DNA of 64,000 bases from assembly GCA_965226475.1 (NCBI GenBank), contig CBDDDJ010000003.1, positions 139,964-203,963 on the forward strand, read 5' to 3'. The notes beneath the pieces were generated by a model. The model saw only the letters and a list, made by a program, of their open reading frames with translations, was not told the DNA's origin and made no database searches. The DNA is from Alphaproteobacteria bacterium. GTDB lineage: Bacteria; Pseudomonadota; Alphaproteobacteria; GCA-2731375. The translations under genes were made by a program, and so were the position numbers. Of this stretch, positions 56,643-64,000 are shown piece after piece; the stretch's first letter is position 1, and each line of letters begins with the position of its first letter.

Positions 56643-57878
56643 TCAGCGTTCGACGTTGGCGCCGCGCAGCGGCACGCCGAACTCCCGGTGGCAGATTTCG
56701 GCGAGCTTGGCGACGCCGTCGCGGATCGCCGCCTCGGAGGGGTTGGCGAAGCAGAGGCGGAGGCGGCTACGCCCGTAGTCAGGGTCGCTCACCCACTCGG
56801 CGCCGGGGTTGAGGCTGACGCCGGCGCCGGCCGCCGCCTGGGCGAGCTTCGTGGTGTCGACCTCGTCGGGAAGCTTGATCCAGAGCACGATGCCGCCCTT
56901 CGGCATGGCGAACTCGGCCGTGGTGCCGAATTCGGCTTCCAGCGCCTCCACCATGACGGCGAGCTTCGCTTGCAGGCCCCGGGTCAGGTCGTCGCAGTGC
57001 GCGTCGAAATGCGCCGGGGCATATTCCGCCAGGATCATCTGGGCCAGCGCCCCCGTGCCGCCGTCGGTCTTCAGCGGCAAGATCCGGCGCATGAGTTCCC
57101 AGTCCGCCACCAGATAACCGACGCGCAAGGCCGGCGCGATCGACTTCGAGAAGGAGCCGCAATAGACCACGTGGTTGCCCTCGTCGAGGGCGCGGATCGT
57201 CGGCGGCCGCTCCCCCTCCCAAAGCAAGTCGGCGTAGCAATCGTCCTCGAAGATCAGGACCTGGTGGCGGGGCGCGATCTCCAGCATCTCCAGCCGGCGC
57301 TCCCGGCTCATCACCGTGCCGGTCGGGTTCTGCACGGTCGGGATGGTGTAAACGTATTTCGGCTTGACGCCCCGGGCCGCGAGATCGGCGAGGGTCGCGT
57401 CCAGCGCGTCCATCCGCATGCCGCCCTCGTCGAGTGGTACGCCGACGACGTTCACGTCGCGCTTCTTCAGCCGCGCGAGCTTGCCGCCATAGGTTTCCTT
57501 CTCGATCAGGATCGTATCGCCCGGCGCCAGCAGCGCGTCGCCCACGAGCTCGAGCGACTGGGTGGAGCCGGAGGTGATCAGGATCTCGTCGGCCTCGCAC
57601 GCCATGCCGGTGCGGCGCTTCAGCGCGTCGGCGACGACTTGGCGCAGCGGCCGGTAGCCCTGCGGCCCGCTCTCCAGGTTGTAGGTCGCGAGCGTCGAAC
57701 CCTCGCGCGCCAGCACGGCGGCCGCGGCCTGGATCAACCCCTCGACGGGTACATGTTCGCCGTCGACATGGCCGCCGACGAAGTTGTGCTCGGGAAAGCC
57801 GCCCCAGGCCTGCGCCGCGGGCGGCAGGTCGTCGCGGAGCACGCTTGCGTAGTCGAACGGCATGATCGGTCCTGTCAT
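56643..57878 (-). CDS. PLP-dependent aminotransferase, class I/II
   Basis: 411 aa, with the fold-type-I lysine region (SFSKSIAPALRVGY). Confidence 0.8.
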   Translation of the reverse strand: MTGPIMPFDYASVLRDDLPPAAQAWGGFPEHNFVGGHVDGEHVPVEGLIQAAAAVLAREGSTLATYNLESGPQGYRPLRQVVADALKRRTGMACEADEILITSGSTQSLELVGDALLAPGDTILIEKETYGGKLARLKKRDVNVVGVPLDEGGMRMDALDATLADLAARGVKPKYVYTIPTVQNPTGTVMSRERRLEMLEIAPRHQVLIFEDDCYADLLWEGERPPTIRALDEGNHVVYCGSFSKSIAPALRVGYLVADWELMRRILPLKTDGGTGALAQMILAEYAPAHFDAHCDDLTRGLQAKLAVMVEALEAEFGTTAEFAMPKGGIVLWIKLPDEVDTTKLAQAAAGAGVSLNPGAEWVSDPDYGRSRLRLCFANPSEAAIRDGVAKLAEICHREFGVPLRGANVER

Positions 57879-57953
57879 TCGTGTGATCGAGGGAAGGTGG
57901 GCGTCACTATACGGGCGCGAGCGGGCCCCGAACCAGCCTCCCGCGCTGGAGAG

Positions 57954-59516
57954 TCAGTGGACCTGCTCTTCGCGGCCCGCCCAATAGGGCTTGCGCAGCT
58001 CCGTCTTCAGGATCTTGCCGGCGCCGGAGAGCGGCAGGGGCTCGTCGTGGAAATCGATGCTCCGGGGGCATTTGAAGCCGGCGATATGCCGGTGGCAGTG
58101 GGCGATGATCTCCTCCGCGCTCGCCACCTCGCCCGCCTTCAGGCGGACGATGGCGTGGACCCGCTCGCCCCATTTGTCGTCCGGCACGCCGATGACGGCG
58201 CACTCGGCGATGGCGGCGTGCAGGTGCACCGCGCTTTCGACCTCGGCTGAATAGACGTTCTCGCCGCCCGAGACGATCATGTCCTTCACCCGGTCGACGA
58301 TGTAGACGTAGCCCCGCGCGTCCATCCAGGCGCCGTCGCCCGAATGCATCCAGCCATTCCGCAGCGCCGCCGTCGTCTCCTCCGGCTTGTTCCAGTAGCC
58401 CAGCATCACGTTGGGGCCGCGCACGCGCAGCTCGCCGACGGTGCCCGGGGGGACCTTCCGGCCGTCCGCGTCGACGATCTCGACCTCGATGTCCACCACC
58501 GGCCTGCCGCAGGACTTGAACAGCCCCGCCTCCAGGGCCTCGCCCCGGTGGGCGTGCGGGCCGTTCGTGGTCACCACCGGCGCGCATTCTGTCTGGCCGT
58601 AGGCGTGGGTGAACTCGCACGCCGGCAGCACCTCGATCGCACGGCGGATCACCGCCTCCGGCATGGGCGAGGCGCCGTAAAAGAGGTGCTTCAGGCTGGA
58701 GAGATCGTGCTGGGGAAGCGCCGGGTGGTTCACCATCATGTTGACCATGGTCGGCACCAGAAGCGTATGGGAAACACCGTGCGTCTCGATCGCCTTCATC
58801 ACCGCCACCGGCTCGAATCCGGGAATGAAGATGTGCCGGCCAGCGACCATGGTGACGCCGAAGATCGTCAGCCCGTCGGCGATGTGGAACATCGGCGGCG
58901 CATGCAGGTAGCGCATGCCCTCGGACAAACCGAGGGCCGGTATGGAGTGGAGCGCGTTGGCGACCAGGTTGCGATGGCTCAACATCACCCCCTTGGAGAC
59001 GCCCGTCGTGCCGCCGGTGTAGTAGATCGCGGCGAGGTCGTCGTAGCCCTTGACCCGATCCTCGGCCGGGCCCGAGCCCGCGATCAGCGCCTCGTGGTCG
59101 AGCATGCCGTCGGGCGCCGGGCCGTCGCCCATGTAGACGAGATGGCGCAGCGCCGGCAGCCGCTTGGCGATCGCGAGCGCGACCTCGGCGAACGTGTCGT
59201 CGACGAACAGGACTTGCGAGCCCGAGTCGCTCAGCCAGTACTCGATCTCCGGCGCCGCCAGGCGGGTGTTGATCGGCACGAAGACGCAGCCCGCCCATGG
59301 CATGGCGTGGCTGAATTCGAAGTAACGGTCACTATTGAGCGCCAGTATCGCCGTCCTATCGCCCTCGGCCAGCCCCAGTTCGCCCCGCAGCGCACCCGCC
59401 AGCCGGGCGACGCGCGCGCCGCATTCGTTCCAGGTGCGCGTCCGCGCGCCGTCGATGGTGGCGATCTCCTCGCCGGCGATGGTCATCGCGCGCTTGAGCG
59501 TGGTCGTCAGATGCAT
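57954..59516 (-). CDS. AMP-dependent synthetase/ligase (acyl-CoA ligase)
   Basis: Start at MHLTTTLKRAM. AMP-binding motif YTGGTTGVSKGV. Confidence 0.8.
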   Translation of the reverse strand: MHLTTTLKRAMTIAGEEIATIDGARTRTWNECGARVARLAGALRGELGLAEGDRTAILALNSDRYFEFSHAMPWAGCVFVPINTRLAAPEIEYWLSDSGSQVLFVDDTFAEVALAIAKRLPALRHLVYMGDGPAPDGMLDHEALIAGSGPAEDRVKGYDDLAAIYYTGGTTGVSKGVMLSHRNLVANALHSIPALGLSEGMRYLHAPPMFHIADGLTIFGVTMVAGRHIFIPGFEPVAVMKAIETHGVSHTLLVPTMVNMMVNHPALPQHDLSSLKHLFYGASPMPEAVIRRAIEVLPACEFTHAYGQTECAPVVTTNGPHAHRGEALEAGLFKSCGRPVVDIEVEIVDADGRKVPPGTVGELRVRGPNVMLGYWNKPEETTAALRNGWMHSGDGAWMDARGYVYIVDRVKDMIVSGGENVYSAEVESAVHLHAAIAECAVIGVPDDKWGERVHAIVRLKAGEVASAEEIIAHCHRHIAGFKCPRSIDFHDEPLPLSGAGKILKTELRKPYWAGREEQVH

Positions 59517-59676
59517 GGCCGCCTCGCCTCCTTCTCTCGGGTCGAGGAATAGCAAAAATCGGAGTGCGCGACAGCAGACGCCGGAGGAGACCGGCGCCGG
59601 CCCGGTTCCCCGCCGGCCGGCCCCGGGCTATGATCCGCCCCGGTCGACGGGACCGAGGCGAGGGGGAGGGCATGCC

Positions 59677-60555
59677 ATGTTCAAAGTCGGTGAGTTCGAG
59701 CTGCGGCGGGTGATCGAGAACGAGTATCCCTTCGTCGAGGCCTCGACCTTCATGCCCGACTCGACGGCCGAGATGATCGCGGCCAATGCCGACTGGCTCT
59801 ATCCCCGCTACATGCAGCCGGGCGGCGACATGTGCATCTTTTCCTTCCAGTCCTATGTGCTCAAGACGCCCAAGCACACCATCCTGGTCGACACCTGCGT
59901 CGGCAACGACAAGCCCAGGCCGGCGCGGCCAATGTGGGACATGATGAACGGCCCCTTCCTCGCCGATCTCGCCACCGCCGGCGTGCAGCCCGAGGACGTC
60001 GACTACGTCATGTGCACGCACCTGCACGTCGACCACTGCGGCTGGAACACCCGGCTGGTCGACGGCCGCTGGGTGCCGACCTTCCCCAACGCGAAATACA
60101 TCTTCGCCAAGAAGGAGCACGACTTCTGGGAGGCCCGCCACCGCGAGGGCACGGTGGGCAAGGTGCCGAACGTCTATGACGACAGCGTGCTGCCGGTGGT
60201 CGAGGCGGGCCAGGCGGTGCTGGTCGAGTGGGACCACGAGTTCGATCACGGCATCTGGCTGGAGCCGGCGCCGGGGCATACCGACGGCAACATCGTCATC
60301 AACCTGGAATCGGCCGGCGAGAAAGCCGTGTTGAGCGGAGACGTGGTGCACCACCCGATCCAGCTGGTGAAGCCCGAATGGTCGAGCCGCGCCTGCGAGG
60401 ATCCCGTGCTCTCGGGCCTGACGCGCCGCGCGCTGCTGGAGAAGCACGCCGACACCGGCACGCTCTTTTGCCCGGCCCACTTCGCCTCGCCGACCATCGG
60501 CGACGTCGTCTCCAAGGGCGACGCCTTCGCCTACCAACTGCACGAGTACGGGTAG
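59677..60555 (+). CDS. MBL-fold metallo-hydrolase (AHL-lactonase-like)
   Basis: HxHxDH motif (CTHLHVDHCGW) and downstream His/Asp ligands. Confidence 0.75.
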   Translation: MFKVGEFELRRVIENEYPFVEASTFMPDSTAEMIAANADWLYPRYMQPGGDMCIFSFQSYVLKTPKHTILVDTCVGNDKPRPARPMWDMMNGPFLADLATAGVQPEDVDYVMCTHLHVDHCGWNTRLVDGRWVPTFPNAKYIFAKKEHDFWEARHREGTVGKVPNVYDDSVLPVVEAGQAVLVEWDHEFDHGIWLEPAPGHTDGNIVINLESAGEKAVLSGDVVHHPIQLVKPEWSSRACEDPVLSGLTRRALLEKHADTGTLFCPAHFASPTIGDVVSKGDAFAYQLHEYG

Positions 60556-60776
60556 CGGGTTGCCCCGGCGACTGAAAAACAATCCACGGTTTCGCCGAGA
60601 GGCTCCGTTTCAGCCCTCGATACCGCTGCCCCCGCCATCAAGGCGTCGGGGGCGGGCGGAGCAGTCGGACGGGTTATGCGGTGAAGAGCGGGACCATTTC
60701 GGCTGTTGGGGAATGGTCCCCGTCGGCCGAGATTGCGAGTTACATTCGGGTGTAGACGCGAATCGCTGGTAAGGAC

Positions 60777-61130
60777 TTACTGATGTACCGCCCGTGGTGG
60801 CAGGTCGTGGCCGAGGCGGAAGGCGAACTCGCCCTCGATCGCCGGCATCTGTGCGGGGACGAGGGGGAGAAGGGCCGGGCTTTCGTGGTGGTAGGGCGCC
60901 AGCACCGGTGCCGAACCCGGCTCCGAGGTGCCGAGAATACGCCGCGCCTCCCGGCTGGTGGAGCCGACCTTGAAGCCGACGGCGGGCATGCCCAGGAGGC
61001 GCATCACCTCGTCCTGGACCTGTATAGGCCGCTTCGGTGGTCTCCGGCTCGGTGATGTCCTCCCCGGAGACCACGGTGCCGGTCGCGCGTGCCCGCGCGA
61101 GACGCCTCGCCGTCTCGCCCGTGGGCCAGG
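60777..61130 (-). pseudogene. 2-keto-4-pentenoate hydratase (MhpD/TodJ)-family gene remnant
   Basis: Short minus-strand ORFs resemble the central region of MhpD-family hydratases (GFKVGSTSREARRILG ... PAIEGEFAFRLGHDLP). Frames are broken on both sides. Confidence 0.4.
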
Positions 61131-61133
61131 TCG

Positions 61134-63506
61134 TTACATGGAATACCGGCCGTAGATCGACAGTTCCGCCGCCTCGAACTCGACCTCGTTGCCCATCTCC
61201 GGATCGAACATGAAGTCGCCGGGCTTGGCGTCGGAGCGGAGCATCTTGCCCTCCGGCCCGCGCGGCAGGTCGTTGGTCGGCCCGTACTCGGCCTCCAGCG
61301 CCTTCACCTCGTCGTCGGTGAGCTTGGTGATCGAGCAGGGCGCGCCCTTCATGTGCGGGATGCCCTGTTCGCGGTCCAGCAACTTCGGATCGTCATCCGT
61401 GGTGAGCAAGGCATCGCAGAAGTCCCACATGCCCGACATGTTCTCCAGGCCCTGGCGCGATTCCGGTTTCCACCAGCCGTGCGGCACCCGGACCAGGCCC
61501 TTCGGCATGGAGGAGCGGACGAAGACCCGGCCCAGCATCTGGCCGACCTCGGTCGCGACGCGGACCCACTGGCCCTCGGCGATGTCCATGTCCTTAGCGT
61601 CCTGGACGTTCAGGAAGAACGTCGGGTCCTGGGCGCGGGCCCGAAGCTCAGGTACGTGACGATGGCCGGAGCGGAAGAACTCGTCGTCGGGCATGCCGAT
61701 GAAGAGGCTCAAGGGATAGGTCTCGCAGGGTTCCGCCGCTTCGCGGTAGTAGGGCAGGGGATCGAAGCCCAGATCCTCCAAGGTCGAGGAATAGAGTTCG
61801 ACCTTGCCGGACGGCGTGGCGAAGCCGGTCTCGAGATACTTCCGCTCCGCGTCGTTCGGCGTGCCGCCCTTGTTCAGGTTCGGCGGCCGGCCGCTCGCCA
61901 CCGCGTCGGCCCAGGTCCCGCCGCTCGGCTCCATCCGGTAGTCCAGCATCTCTTCCGCCGTGGCCCAGGGGAAGGCGTCGGCCAGATCCATGCGCCTGGC
62001 CAGTTCGTGCCAGAAGGTGACGATGTGACGGCATTCGCCCGGCGGCTCCATCGCCTTATCGGAGATGCCGGCGTGCATGCTGGGGCGCTCCAGCCAGGAA
62101 TCGCCCGGCAGGATGTAATCGGAGATCTGCGCCGTCGGGCTCATGTTGTGTTCGTAGGTGACGATGAGATCCTGGTTCATCATCGCCTCGTAGACCCGCT
62201 TGGTATTGGCGAAGGCCATAAGCGTGTTGTTGGCGATCGAGAACAGCGCCTTCACCGGATAGGGGTCGCCCTCGACCATCGCCTTGAAGACGGCCATGGG
62301 GTTGGCCATGTAGCAGCCGCTGACCAGGTTGGCGTGGCGGATACCCCAGACCTTCTCGCATCCGTCCTCGAACGCCTGCATGCCGCGGTAGGTGAAGACC
62401 GGGAACTCGTCCGCGCCCAGCTGTTTCGCCTTCTGCGCGTCCGACAGCAGGTCGTGGCGCTCCAGTTCCGAATCGGAGCGCACGGCCGGGCTGAAGCCGA
62501 CGAAGGTGTCGCCGCCCTTGACGTCCAGGTTGCCGGTGATGGCGCGCAGGATCGCCTGTAGGCGGATGCCGGAGGTCGAGGAGACCTGCTGGTCGGTGAT
62601 CGGCGTCCAGGGGATGCAGGCGGGCGCGGTCGTCGCGTACATGCGCGCGCTCTCGGCGATCAGCTCCGCATCGACGCCGGTGATCTCGGCGACGCGGCCG
62701 AGCGGATATTCGGCGACGCGCTCGCGGAGTTCGGCCCAGCCGACGGTCCAGTCGCGCACGAAGTCCTTGTCGTAGAACTCCTCGTTGATGATGACGTTCA
62801 GCCAGCCGAGCAGCAGCGCCGTGTCGGTGCCGGCGCGGACCGGCAGCCACATGTCGGCCGCCTCCGCGTTCTCGCTGCGGCGCGGGTCCATCACGATCAG
62901 CTTGGCGCCGTTCGCCTAGGCCATGCGAATCGCCTTGTATTCCATGGTCCAGCTATGGCGGCGCGGGTCGTGGCCGATCAGCACGATGCACTTGGAATTG
63001 AGGATATCGCCCCGGGGGAACCAGCCGTAGACATAGCGGTTCACCGCCGCCGTGTTGCCGGCGCAGTAGGCGACGCCGCTAATCCAGTTGGGCGTGCCGA
63101 CGTGGTTCATGAAGCGCCGGCCGAGCCCGCTGTCGTTGATGCCGGTGGCATTGGACTGCGCCACGGCGAACGCCTCGGGCCCGTGCTTGTCGATGACCGC
63201 CTTCAGCTTTTCGGCGATCTCGTCCATCGCCTGGTCCCAGCTCACCTGCTCCCACTGGCCGTCGCCACGCTCGCCGATCCGCTTCAAGGGATGCAGGATC
63301 CGGTCGGGATGGGCGAAATGCTTCGGCGCGAAGGCGCCCTTCATGCACAGCACGTCCTTGAAGATCGGATGATCGCGCGTCTGTACCTTGACGGCGCGGC
63401 CGTCCACGACCTTGACCGCGATCGGGCAGAAACCGTCGCAACTGGAGCAGACGACCTGCTTCGTGATTGTGGTCTGGTCGCTCGTGGGCTGGGCTTGAAT
63501 ATTCAT
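61134..63506 (-). pseudogene. Molybdopterin oxidoreductase (DMSO-reductase superfamily, N-terminal 4Fe-4S Cys cluster) interrupted by an in-frame TAG
   Basis: N-terminal ORF 62916-63506 (VCSSCDGFCPI ... KAIRMA) and C-terminal ORF 61134-62894 are in the same frame, separated by a TAG codon (reverse complement of 62916-62918) in the stretch IRMA*ANGAKLIVMDPR. Confidence 0.7.
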
Positions 63507-63509
63507 CGA

Positions 63510-64000
63510 GGTGAGTCGGACCCGATTTCCTTGGACACAGAATTGGCTTAATCGAAGTGTCCAAGGAGGACCGGAACATGGCCGATAATTTTGAGAAGAA
63601 AGTTGCTGTTGATGGGCCTGTGGTAAATGCGGGCGAGCTTGGCTCGTCCACGTTTTCCCCAGGCCAGGCTTTGCCGGCAGGCCCGCTGGGACTTGGCCAG
63701 CGATGGACGGTGGCGCGCAAGCGTGAGGTCGTTCCGCGGCTTTTGCGTGACGAGCCGGTGCAACTTCTGTCGCGCCAGTTGGGCGTAGAGATCTTCCGGC
63801 TCGAGCAGTGGCGTGAGAAAGCGATCGGCGGGATCGACGCCTCGCTCAAGCAACGCAAGGGCGATCCGGTGCAGGCGGAACTGGATAGCGCCATGAAGCG
63901 GATCGGAGAGTTGACCATGCAGGTGGAACTGCTGGAGGCCAAGACGGAGACCTTCGGCCCTTTGGGGCGGCGGAGGTCGCGGCGATGAGTGCCGCCACCT
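63510..64000 (+). mobile_element. IS3-family (two-ORF) element, left end and OrfA; it continues beyond the window
   Basis: Terminus TGAGTCGGACCCGATTTCCTTGGACACAG is related to the end at 17536-17560. OrfA stop overlaps the ATG of the next ORF at 63984. Confidence 0.6.
63578..63988 (+). CDS. IS3-family transposase OrfA (HTH + leucine zipper)
   Basis: MADNFEKK ... RWTVARKREVV ... LSRQLGVEIFRLEQW ... ELTMQVELLEAK. Confidence 0.65.
   Translation: MADNFEKKVAVDGPVVNAGELGSSTFSPGQALPAGPLGLGQRWTVARKREVVPRLLRDEPVQLLSRQLGVEIFRLEQWREKAIGGIDASLKQRKGDPVQAELDSAMKRIGELTMQVELLEAKTETFGPLGRRRSRR

Noticed and set aside
55680-58250. 856-aa plus-strand ORF
   Set aside because: It is antisense to three well-supported minus-strand genes (quinone oxidoreductase, aminotransferase, CoA ligase). 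Its composition is low-complexity Ala/Gly/Arg/Asp, typical of high-GC antisense frames.
60556-60700. Possible terminator hairpin (GCCCCCGCC ... GGGGGCGGG) after the MBL hydrolase gene
   Set aside because: The arms are not properly complementary when written out, and there is no U-run.
1-64000. CRISPR arrays, rRNA operons, additional tRNAs
   Set aside because: No short regularly spaced repeats were seen. All large repeats resolve into IS copies. Only one tRNA-like cloverleaf (tRNA-Ser) was recognised.

Overview
This is a 64-kb high-GC (about 63-66%) chromosomal segment, most likely from an alphaproteobacterium. It contains three kinds of content.

1. Bases 1-7250, a signalling locus. A translationally coupled four-gene operon encodes a response regulator fused to a PP2C phosphatase, an RsbW-like serine kinase, a LivK-type periplasmic binding protein and a HAMP sensor histidine kinase. 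It faces a convergent amtB-glnK-STAS (RsbV-like) gene string.

2. Bases 7251-30659, an IS-saturated genomic island. It is bounded by tRNA-Ser(CGA), a P4-type tyrosine integrase and an AlpA regulator. It is filled with nested insertion sequences: four copies of an ISNCY-type element (two intact, one diverged, one decayed), an IS1595-family element, three sequence-identical IS21 copies plus a divergent fourth, IS3, IS30, IS256, IS110 and IS481/IS3-like fragments, an MFS transporter pseudogene, and a small low-GC block with an HhH-GPD-like ORF.

3. Bases 30758-63506, a catabolic super-cluster. It encodes a PhyH dioxygenase, a molybdenum hydroxylase (LMS + CoxG-like), a GST, a hydantoinase A with two tandem hydantoinase B paralogs, a P450, an Liv-type ABC transporter, an amidase, an MFS transporter, a quinone oxidoreductase, an aminotransferase, an acyl-CoA ligase and an MBL hydrolase. 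The cluster is interrupted by a tandem ISNCY pair and a gene-decay zone. It ends with a molybdopterin oxidoreductase carrying an in-frame amber codon, a hydratase pseudogene and an IS3-family element at the window edge.

No CRISPR array and no rRNA genes were seen. Many long high-GC antisense or alternative-frame ORFs in the supplied ORF track were judged spurious.
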